Shown in pieces: positions 50,041 to 61,699 of a stretch of 64,000 nucleotides of DNA; the first letter of the stretch is position 1; every line of letters begins with the position of its first letter. This DNA is from Botryllus schlosseri (lineage: Eukaryota), in contig CM119371.1 of NCBI GenBank assembly GCA_051294905.1, forward strand, positions 11,100,001 through 11,164,000, in the 5' to 3' direction. The notes under the pieces were generated by a model. It was not told where the DNA came from. It saw only the letters and a program-made list of their open reading frames with translations, and made no database searches. Position numbers and translations under genes: made by a program.

Positions 50041-50850
50041 CATGGGTGGCCATTGGCCAATCTGCAGCCGTAAGGAATTTTGGTCGGCAATGGACAGGGA
50101 ATGCAATTAGTGTGTGTTGGCGGTCGTCGACATGCAATTTGAATTTACGAATTGACTTCCGATTTCTTGAGATATTTTACCTGATCTTGAAATTTTCTTC
50201 GCGCTGCGGGCGATTCAATGTGATTTCATTTTTGTATTTAAATACATTGTAGTTCCCTCTCAAATCAACGCCCACAGGACAGATTCTAATAGCAGAGGAA
50301 AATGATGCGCCTCATATTGAAATACAAACACACATTCCTACCTCCTAAGTCCTAACTATACCAGCAATCCTGATGGGAGGTCAAGGAATAACGGCATGCA
50401 ACAAAGTGACTAATAACAATTGGCCCATGAACCCGAAGACCTATCATCATTTATACCTTTGCCTCAGATTTTAGAAAACACCCTCTCCAGCAACTTTAGC
50501 AGTGAAGCTGATTACATGGGCTAAGAAAGGATAACAGTTTAATAGTAATATATCAAACTACTAATATTAATGACGAAACTAATTAACGAAAGTGACTAAA
50601 TTTTCGCGCTTTGCGCGACTATGAGCAGACCCGTAACATGACCACGCAGTCACCACTCGCGACTTTGGTGGATATAGTAAGCCTATATCATTTAATAGTT
50701 TAGTCCTCAGGTCACCGGAAATGGCCATAGACACTTTAACATGGGTATTTGGCGTCCAGTTAGTAAATTACCAGTATGCCTGGGAATGCGGCCGTAGGCT
50801 ACAACAGTGGTCGAAATGCGGCCGTGAATGGGAAAAAGGTAAGGTTGGCC
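50040..50850. mobile_element. Degraded reversed copy of the 40827-family hAT MITE
   Basis: Collinear with ~7040-7860 and reverse of 40827-41667. Confidence 0.7.
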
Positions 50851-51356
50851 TACATCGATCGCATGTATTGATTTGAAGTGCGTTCTCGTGCGTGCTCTAG
50901 TAATCTATAGCAGTGCTCGTCAACCGGGGTTGTCGTACACCCCAGGGTGTACCAGAATTTTCAAAGGGTGTACCACTCGGATGGGGTGTACAGGGGTGTA
51001 CCAGATCCACATTATGATGAACCGATGATAACGATGACTATAGCTATCACAAAAATACGCCAGTTTATGCTTCAAAACAGAATGACTGGATGTGTAATAT
51101 CGTACAATGTGATGTCATAAGCAAATGCTTCTAATCATTCAACCTTTGGCAATGGACTTATTACTTCCTTTTCGAGTAGAGCAGGGTGGAGTTAGCATGT
51201 GTTCAGCTTGCGATATCTGCCTGATGATTCTCGAGGAAACCACCGCTAAATCTCGGACATTTTGAATTTGTGCTTCCTGCGGCCAGCTTATGAATAGCGC
51301 AGAATACATGCTTACGCAGCCACGGGGTCGACTTTGCGATCCACTGCGTTAGATGG

Positions 51357-52763
51357 CAGTGTTGGGATCAAGTCACTACCTTCGAGTCACGAGTCATCTC
51401 GAGTCATTGCACATTTTGACTCGAGTCAAGTCAAGTCAATCGATTTTCAAAGGTGACTCGAGTCAAATCAAGTCACTCGTTTTTTGGAGGTGACTCGAGT
51501 CAAGTCAAGTCAAGTCAAGTCAAGTCACGAGTCAAGTCACAATTCAAGTCAAATTGAATTTTCGAAGTATGAGTGATCATTCAAATTCATTATATTTTAC
51601 TGGCTATGTTAAAGAGATCAATTGGTCATTTATCTTGAATCCAATAACGAATATAAAGTTAAAGATACATGCAAAAATGCGTTGTATCACTCACGCACAC
51701 GTAGAACTGCTAATAAAATACGTAAGTAACTGTATAGCTACATCAGGGGTGTCAAACGTACGACCCGCCAAATGATTTCATTGGGCCCGCGAATAAATTC
51801 TGAGTATATGGTGAAAATTGCGTGATTTTATCCAACACATTTCTCGAATTTGCAGTAAGAAATACCACTAATAAATATTCCTTCAAGAGAGCAAATTTCG
51901 AGTATGTTCATAGGCCACATTATAACAACCCGACAGCGGAGTTGTGATTGTAGTTATCGTCAGGAGAAAATCGCTGACATTGACACCCATTCCGAGAATG
52001 CGAAAAAGTGCATATACTGACTACTGAGTTTAGGGTTAGTAATATTTAGGAATCATTTGACTGGTGCGGCCCGCGAGTGATCTGTATATTTGAATTCGAC
52101 CCGCGACGTCAGTTGAGTTTGACAACTCTGAGCGACATGCTATACATTCTGTTATTATCAGCAAAAATAAAGGATCGAATACGGGGCCTCGAGAAGATGA
52201 AAGAAATTGATATCGTACAATACACTAGCCATCTATACACATCGTTGAGGATATAAATACATAAAATATATTTGTTAGATTTAATCATACACATCGTTGA
52301 GAATATACATACATAAAATATATTTGTTAGATTTAATCATACAAGAGGGTTGGTAAAGGTGAGCGCCGTGCGATGTAAGGACAGAGCCGTCCAATAAACA
52401 GCGATACGTTGCTATTAAATTAATCTGCTATTACGACAAGGCAAGCTGTGATCATTTCGTATGCGGTCAGTGTATGTGTGATGTAACAATGCAGGATCAG
52501 CGAAACGTACAATCAGTGAATGACTGGTTGCTCTCACAAGTTACAATGGCATATCGTGAATAAAATGAACATGCACAGAATACATTGATTTAGTCGACAC
52601 CGTTTACTTGATGACTTGAAATTGACTCGTAAATTTTGCTCCGAGTCACGAGTCAATCCACATTTTTGAAGCGCCGAGTCAAGTCAAGTCAAGTCATTTT
52701 TGTAAAGTGACTCGAGTCAAGTCAAGTCATTCGAAGAAGTTGACTCGAGTCATCCCAACACTG
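51357..52763. mobile_element. GAGTC-array hAT MITE with nested Charlie-like MITE 51744-52130
   Basis: Perfect TSD TTAGATGG; inner TSD AGCTACAT/AGCGACAT; 52-bp tandem duplication at 52235-52342. Confidence 0.9.
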
Positions 52764-53824
52764 TTAGATGGTGGTCCAGTAACCTCGAGCCCTTATTCGT
52801 ATTTATCATTTACTATACGTTGCAGCCTTGCTCAAATGTCCATCCTTATTTCGGCTAGGCCAGGGGTGCTCAACCTGCGGACGTACGGCCTCATTCAGCC
52901 GCATAACCATAATTTTGCGATCTTCTACACATATTTAAATTAGCGTGTGTTTACGGCCGTCATTATGCAACCAATTGTTGTTGGTTCTAGACTCGGCTCT
53001 GCCATGTTTCTATGTGTCGGAGGTTTATCTAGCTAGGCTCCTCGTCGCCGACCCCCGGTTAACGTAGCGTCTTGAAAAGCCCAGAAGAAGAGTTAACCGA
53101 GCTTCAAAGTCAGCAGCAGAGTCCTGAAAGTGGACGCACGTTACCGAGAGAGAATGAAGAATGGGAGTGCGCGTGCAAGCGAAAGTCGTCCTCATTACCC
53201 AAAGCAAAAATACTACAGGAAATGCACGGTCGTGGCGCACAAATTCTAAACAGGCGATTATCACCACTGTCATTGATGTGTAATGAAATAATATTAATAA
53301 CAATACAAACAGTCCTGGTGGAAGGCCAAGAAATAATAACATGCAACTAAGTGATTAATAAGAACCGCAAGATGCATCATCATTAATATTGTACCCAATA
53401 TTTTCGAAAACACCCTCCATCAGCTCTACGGGTTAATCTGATCACGTGAGCTGAGAATGAATAAATTTTTGACAATAATATGTGAAACTACCAACATTTT
53501 CGATGAAATCCATTCAAGGGGCAAAATTTTGGCGCTCTGCGTGACTACACACGTAATCCTAGTGTCTTTTCTTGACATTTATACTCGCGATTTTGGTACA
53601 TAAATTATATATTGTAAGCCTGCTGGGATGTTTTGCTTCTACAATAAGAAAATTTGCGCATTGCATATCTCAAGAAATAAGTGAAGGCACAGAACACCAC
53701 AAGGGCTCTCCGCGGTGTTAAGTTCCTAGTATCAAATTTCATATGAACATTTGTCGTCCATGCGCCATGGCGAATCCCCGCTGGAATTCGGACGTAGGCT
53801 ACTGTATATTCTATAGTATGTCAC

Positions 53825-56701
53825 CATAGTGTCCTATATGGTGTCGACACAAGCAAATCTCACGGTTCAATGAAATTGTATCACGTCACAATTTCCATTT
53901 GGCTACAGGCAATTTAACGGTCATTTTTGACCGGCTTGCCGAGCATTAAATTTGATGAATCGGGTATCAATCGAAAGCTGACTCTGCACTGATTACGAAA
54001 ATATAAATTTTATTCCACTCATGGCCCTGGAACCCCCACAATCAGCCCCAAATTATTCATTGTTAAATAGATTGGCAGTGTGACGCAACAATGCTGTCTG
54101 GCGAAACGAGAGACTAGCTCAAGAGCAAGGATGCGGCCGAGCGACGAGAGTGGGATCAGCTGACGTCGCGGCAATAGGAATGAGCAATCGCGTCGCAGAG
54201 AAACGCTTCGCTGTTGATACTTTTTCTATGCGCTTCGGTAGAAGCGAGCACGCCTTATCAGCCTTTCCTTGACTTTTAAGGGTAGAACTGGGTCCACAGA
54301 ATGTTTTTGGTCCCTACCAATTTTCGCGCATTATCCTTCAGCTGATAGAGATATTTAGGCTACGTCTAAATAGTCTACATTGGATATGTGATGTCACATT
54401 ATTATGATATCGATTGCCTTAGCCCGCAAGTTGCATAGGGCTCCAGAGACGCGTGGCGCTGTTGATACTTTCTATAGGCGCTTCGCTAAAAGCGAGCACA
54501 CACCAGCCTTTCCTTGACTTGTAAGGGTAGAACTGGGTCCACAGAATGTTTTTGGTCCCTACCAATTTTCGCGCATTATCCTTCAGCTGATAGAGATATT
54601 TAGGCTACGTCTAAATAGTCTACATTGGATATGTCATATTATTATGATATCGATTGCCTTAGCCCGCTAGTAGCATAGGGCTCCAGAGACGCGTGGCGCT
54701 GTTGATACTTACTATAGGCGCTTCGCTAAAAGCGAGCACACACCAGCCTTTCCTTGACTTGTAAGGGTAGAACTGGGTCCACAGAATGTTTTTGGTCCCT
54801 ACCAATTTTCGCGCAATATCCTTCACCTGATAGAGATATGTAGGCTACGTCTAGTCTACATTGGATATGTCACATTATTATGATATCGATTGCCTTAGCC
54901 CGCTAGTTGCCGTCGACCATGAGCAGCCAGGGATACAGCAATTGGCCATTTAATATATTTCTGGTAACTTTGCAACCACTTAAACACAAATATCTCATTT
55001 ATTTAATGGATAAGGTGTCACCAATAACATAATACCATAAGAGAGGGATGGACATTTTAGTCAACAAAGCGAGGTTTTGCAAGTCTCCAAATACCTCACG
55101 CCATTTACTCTAATAAATCTGGGATGTAAAACATAGCCTACGGCCCGCGGGCAGGATGTGGCCCGCCAGACAACTTCATCCGACCCGCAAAGAAATTCCA
55201 AGTAACTGGAAAAATGTTTGTATTACCCAGTACATTTCAAACAGAAGTTTGAATTTCTAGTAAGAAAAATATAGTTTCAAGTAATAAGATTCACTCAAAA
55301 CAGCAAATTTAGATAATGTAAATATATCATATTGTAGTAATACAACTACAGTGTTGAGTTTTCATTCTAGCCCCATTAGCACCACGTCGGTGACCTTGAC
55401 ACCAAATTCCGAGAAGGCGAAAAAGTGCAAACTCTGTTGGGCCGAATGGACAATGGACATTCAGTTATTCACAGATGCGAAAAAAATAATGCAAATCCGT
55501 TTTACGTATGTTATATTAGGAATATAAATACAGGCTACAGAATGAATATAATTCAAATATCTGTGATACCACTGTATTACTTTTAACGCAAAAGGTCCCC
55601 GGCATTCAAAAAAACTGTTTGGTGATTGAAAAATGATAAACCAAATTCCAACGTCAACGTTTATAGTGATATCAGCTATATTCCAGTGAAAAACAAAGGT
55701 ATGGATTTGGTGGTAACATTTTGGAGTCATTTGGCAGGTCTGGCCCGCAAGCTTTCCAATAACGGATTGAATCCGGACAGCGATCCCAGTTTAATTCGAC
55801 ACTCCTGCTGTTAAACTTTATTCAACAATCAACATTTTACCTGCTGCATTCGCGGACCAAGTCCTACCCTTACGGATCAAATAAAAGCTTGTAATGTATG
55901 CCCATGCTCAATGCTCATTGCTCACACTTGACCATAAAATCGACTATAGAAAGTATCGACACTAGGGCTGTTCAAAAATAACTTTTTTTACCCGATTCAA
56001 GCCGGTCACCTCTTAAATCGTCAGGTTGCAGTAGAAAACCTTGCTCACCAAATTTCACTCGATTCCAACCAGTAAAGGCCTCCGCAGATCCAATTAAAAT
56101 TTTTAATTTATTATGGAAAATTAAAAAAAAAATTTCCAAATTTTTCTGCCAACCCCATGAAATTGTTGAGCTGTCTTCAAAGACGTTGCAAAACAAATTT
56201 GAGTCAATTCCGACCAGTAGAAGCGGAGTTATGTGAGTTTTTCGATGATATTTCTCGGATTATCCTTGATTGGTGGATAATCTGCGTGGAACGACTATGG
56301 AAAAAGTATCAACAGCGCAGCGTTTCTCTGCGACGCGATTGCTCATTCCTATTACCGCGACGTCAGCTGATCCCACTCTCGCCGCTCGGCCGCATCCTTG
56401 CTCTTGAGCTAGTCTCTCGTTTCGCCAGGCAGCATTGTTGCGTCACACTGCCAATCTATTTAACAATGAATAATTTGGGGCTGATGGTGGGGGTTCCAGG
56501 GCCATGAGTGGAATAAAATTTATATTTTCGTAATCAGTGCAGAGTCAGCTTTCGATTGATACCCGATTCATCAAATTTAATGCTCGGCAAGCCGGTCAAA
56601 AATGCCCGTTAAATTGCCTGTAGCCAAATGGAAATTGTGACGTGATACAATTTCATTGAACCGTGAGATTTGCTTGTGTCGACACCATATAGGACACTAT
56701 G
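53825..56701. mobile_element. Non-autonomous foldback element with ~400-bp TIRs and 7-bp TSD (P-superfamily/Galileo-like)
   Basis: 53825-~54228 is the near-perfect reverse complement of ~56297-56701; termini CATAG...CTATG; TSD ATGTCAC. Confidence 0.85.
54209..54910. repeat. Tandem repeat, ~240-248-bp unit x ~2.9
   Basis: Units start at 54209, 54457 and 54697. Confidence 0.95.
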
Positions 56702-57275
56702 ATGTCACCATGTACACGGATTTTCTGTGACGTCACACAGGGTCGAACAAAATTACGATTCGCCGTCAGTACCTGCGCATACATGCGTCCATTTGTGTCG
56801 CTACAAGTGTTGTGGCTAGCTGCTTGTCTGTGTGGCCAACGTCGATGGAATACTCCCTAATTCTGCTTAACACTGTTTGTATACTGACCGCTTTTAATAA
56901 TGTCAAAACGAGTGGGTAGTTTATCATCCCCTCACCAAGCCAAATTGACAAAGAAGTGCGATTCGTTTAACATGGAATGGTTGCACAGCCAATGTAGATG
57001 ATAGGTATGATGCAAAAAGCGTATATCGCGAGGGGGGTCTGGGTGGCGCAGCCCCCCAGAAGTTTGTGCTATCCCCCTATGGGTGGCCTGGTTGCGCACT
57101 GTTGTCCAAGGGTCTGCGCAGTGAGTTGGCGTGTTTGCGCAGACTCGTGAAAAATTAGAGGGAACATTGGTTATAAGCCCGTGATACTTCACCGAAATTT
57201 TGTGACACGTGAACTGTTCCACTACCGGTCCTGCGCGAATACCAGATTTTTATGGAGAAACATAAATCAAACATC

Positions 57276-60200
57276 TAGTAAGGGCATTTTATGAAATATT
57301 TCACAAATCTGTGAACTATATTGTTACCAAGCAATTTTTTCACCAATATGTCTGTCAAGGTCTCTTATAACATGTGGTAAAATGTTGAAGTTCAACTCTT
57401 GTGGGAAACCCAGAAAAAAAGCTGTTAAGTTTGACAACTTTGAAAAAATAAAAAAATATAAAATAAATTTGAAAAAAAATATTTTTATTGGCTACAAGTA
57501 ACCAAGGATGGGTTTAATGATGGTTTTTCAATTGATTGTTAAAATTTACATTTTACTACAGGCTGTTTTGTGGAAATATATGTAAAAGTATGGCACTGAG
57601 GGCATAGTTATCTAGTCATAAGTACACCGTTCAGTAATTCGATACCGAACGATTCAACAAATTCTGTATACTGTAATACTGGGTAACACACACATATACC
57701 AGTTCAGTAATTCCTTAAATACAGTTCTAAGACATGCAGCAAGGTCTAAAACGGTATTTTCTGTATCATTCCGTTCTATAACTTGGACGGAAATAAAAAC
57801 GCCAACGATCTTGAGTTTCAACATTCCAACTGGAATGGCTGGATTAAGAGAATCAATGGTAATGATGCAAAACAGCGCGCACAGATCGAGTTCCTTCCAG
57901 TTATTGAAGAAGACCCTGATGACCTCAAAACCTTCTTCGCCAGTCCTAAAGAGTGCACACAGCGCGTTGGGGTAGCTATGGTGACCGTCGATCTTCCGAT
58001 TCGACTGAAGGCTATATATATAATGAAGCAGACAAATTTACCAGTCATTCAAAGGTTGAGTGGTTTTCACCTATTGAATTCTTATCTTGGACCGATTGGT
58101 GACAACATGGAATATTCTGGGCTACTAGATGTGATCCAGTTGATCTATGCTGGAAGCACAACAACCATCCACATCATGGATGGAGGATGTTTTGACAAGG
58201 CAGTCCCTCCTCACCTCCTCGTCGATGCAGCAATCTATCAACATACCATAGAAATTGCCTTTACTGAGGGTAAGCGTGGTGTGATGAAGTCCTTCAAGGA
58301 AAAGGTGGGGAAATGGGAGCCAGACACTGTGACCCAGTATTGTGAGTATTTGAGCGAAGGTTTGAAGAAACGTTCAATCGATTCGCAAAAGAGGAAGAAC
58401 ACCTGCACTCTAGGTGGAGTACCAAAACATGGTAGCTATGCCCAATGTCTTTATCTGAACCGAATGACTCGCAGACCACAATGGGAATCTGTACTGCGTT
58501 GTTACCAAGATGCTTCACAGCTGCAGGCCATCATCAGCGGTTCTCAAACTTTTTTCGGCACGCCCCTTGATAAAAAAAATTTCACCCCCCTCTTATCGTC
58601 ATATCGAAAAGTATTAAAAAGAGCAACCAATGTTTGCAACCCGAATGCATTGTTTGGTGGCGCGGGAGGTATTTATGGCTGTTGAGACACTTCTCAAATA
58701 TGTAGTTGCAGTTGAATAATTTATTAAACATAACCATGTGCAATGACAACATGTAGCACATAGATATGTTAGCGATTTTGGTGCCTAACCCCTTCTATTA
58801 CCCCACTAAATCTTAGCTCGAACGGACCTGACCACAACCTAAATCAAAATCCAATGGCAGCAACACGCATTTACCAGTTTCACTTCATTCAGGGACATCT
58901 TCTGATGATTGCAAGGTTCGGTATCCCTCAAAATCTAGCATCAGTGTGTGGATGGTACGGCGGAATTATGACAATTCAAATTGAAAGGCCTAATTAGGAT
59001 TATTTCCATTGTTGAAACTGGAGGTTTCAGCACAAATTAAACTCATTCCGAGTTCAAGAAAATTATTTCTCTCAGGCGGCTTCGCGCCTTTCTTCAGATG
59101 CTTCCACGACCCCCACCCCCAGTTTTAGAACGTCTGCCGCGCACGGGAACCACATTGGTGAACCCGCAGAGGAAAAATGGGCAACAGCTTTTCTGGCCAC
59201 AGATGTTGGGTGGCCACTCTCAGTCATCTGTCAGTTGTCAACCGGCGAATGGATGAGGACGTCAGCAGACATGTACCCCTTCACAGAGAGCTTACCAAGA
59301 CACAGATTAAGCGAGATGCAGGGGCCATTGAACTTGTCCTAAAATGGTTTGAAGAAATGAAGCCATTCGTCAGTTATGGATAAAAGGGGTTGCTCAATGC
59401 TCATGTATTTCTCAACTGGATTCACAAGTATACGGTTGATGACGTAGTCGAAATACTGAGGGAGCAGCTGAATTTAGGATGGCCATTGGCCATGCAGATC
59501 AACCTGGATGGAAAGTCAGTGACGCCGACCATGGTTGTCATGTCATGTCATTCGATATCACCGAACAGAATTATAAAAAAAAGCGGATTTAACATGGCTT
59601 CAACTAGAAACTGAGCAGTATCAACACAATGACTTGGAGTCGGACTCGAGCAATAATACCATGGCTCGGACTCAACCCTCTGCTCGCTGACTTGGACTCG
59701 GACTTGACTCGGTGGTGAATTGAAAATGAATCGACTTGACTCGAGTCAAAACTATAAAATTGAGATTGAATTATGACTAGGAGCCTTATGAGTTGGTTAC
59801 AACCCTGGGTAAAAGCCCTGTCATCGCAAAGAAAATGTCCTAAGGTTTACGAGTAAAACATTCTCATTGACTCATTGAAGTTTGCTTTCATAATGTCATT
59901 GTGGTCTTTGATGGTTACAGCAGTTCACCAACACATACAACATGTTCTAGACCTAGAGGAAGACAGCGACAGGAGTGATAAAACCGGAGACACTACCTCT
60001 GACAGAAGGTGCAGCTTCATAACGTTCACTCCGCGAGTACCTGCAGACCTGCGATTTTATTCGTTTACAGAACTTGTCTCCGAACCCCAGCGATTACTGA
60101 TGGACAATAGGCGTGCATAGATATTAATCTGATGAGCTATTTCAGTTCAGAAGCTATAGTTGTCATAAAGATTGCAACAACGGATTATACAGCTGCAAGA

Positions 60201-60848
60201 AGAATGAGGTCACGTGCATTTTAAGTCTGTGGAGTATGTAAAGACCCTATAATGCAATAATTGCAGTTACGATGATGTTGAGTCCGAAGAAGGCATAGGC
60301 GATGCCTGTTGAAATGTCTGATATTGTGCATGTGAAATAGGCTACCTCTTCAGTGAATATAGCTATGCGAAATAAAGTTGATTTTGTGCATGAATATAAA
60401 AGTGGGTGTGGCGTTTTTCACAAAGCAGAGCCTGTAGTGAATTATAAATGTTAACAATCAATTGAGAATCACGGAAAACCATTATTAAACACGTCCTAAG
60501 TTACTTATGGGCGATAAATTTTATTTATTTTATTTATTTATTTATTTTTTAATTCGTTAAATTCACAAATCAGAGCCTGCAGTGAATTATAAGTGTTAAC
60601 AATCAATTGAGAATCATGGAAAACCATTATTAAACACGTCAGAAGTTACTTATGGGCGATAAATTTTTTTAAATTCTTTTTAAATTTTTTTTAAATCCGT
60701 CAAATTTAACAGCTTTTTTGGGGGGTTTCCCACAAGAGTTGAACTTCAACATTTTAACACATGTTATTACACACCTAAACAAACATATTGGTGAAGAAAT
60801 TGTTTGGTAACAATATAGTTCATAGATTTTCACAAGTTTCCCTTACTA
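57276..60848 (+). mobile_element. Academ-like DNA transposon with decayed transposase (57783-~60270)
   Basis: Long TIRs TAGTAAGGG...CCCTTACTA, 3-bp TSD ATC. Motifs WNGW...FLPVI..DP, TVDLP...KA, RLSGFHLL.SYLG.IG..M..SGL, H.EL...I.RD, VVFDGY and a Cys-rich tail. Nested MITEs at 58535-59136 and ~59620-59807; ~145-bp duplication in the right TIR. Confidence 0.85.
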
Positions 60849-61699
60849 ATCCCAGAAAACTGCACGAGGATATGGTGATTTAATTCCAGGATATAAAAAG
60901 TTTCCGAACATGATATGATTGAGAAGCTGACTATATTGTGGTGTAGTACAATTTTCAGTTCATCTCAAAATTCAATATCTCGTAACAAGTCGTTCTGGAT
61001 AAAGGATTAAATTGAATAGAAAGACTCTCATTTGATTCAGGTTAAGTTTTCCGTCGTTGCCCGCTCATATTTGATAAAAAGTGCTTTCATCATAATATAA
61101 CGAGGATTATTATTACTACTATTATGTATGCAAAACATTTTAGTGACGCTTATCGCCATTTGTGGCCTTTTTCATCATGACATTGGTATTGTAACAGTTC
61201 AGTTTCAATCACTTCGTTTCTTTGTATCTTCATTCGCTTGCAAGCGCTTCGATGGTTCACTTTCATTCATCAGTCACAGACTCTCTCACATCAACCCATC
61301 AAACTGGTCTCTGGTGCCGACTTCGTACAGCGTGGCTTACTGTGTGTCTGGGCTTTTGAATACACTGTTAGTACAGCGCGATCAGCGATGAGGAATATAA
61401 CGAGGATGATAATAATATTAATAGCCTACACCAGCTTCATCTGTCTCAATATTATCTATAGTAATTGCAGAACAACTGTCGTTCTATGATTTATAGGCGT
61501 GGTGAAGGAGGGTGTCGGGGGTGCTGGTAATTTATTCGTGTTCCAGGGAATGGGGGTAAGGTAAGGAGGCGATCAGATAAAATTAGCAAACAATCAAACG
61601 CAATATGTGAGACTTTTAACCTGAGACAGAAATATGGTTTAAAATAAAGTCACTTTAGGTGGGCTGCCATGAATATTATACTTGCTCTATCACTTCGAA

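Noticed and set aside
53025..53350. Overlapping ORFs as a real gene
   Set aside because: No recognisable motifs, and they lie within a degraded MITE-like region.
54209..54910. CRISPR-like array
   Set aside because: Plain ~240-bp tandem repeat without spacers, in a eukaryotic TE context.
58535..58685. C-terminal part of the 300-aa ORF as genuine transposase sequence
   Set aside because: Read-through into an inserted MITE, after an earlier frameshift.
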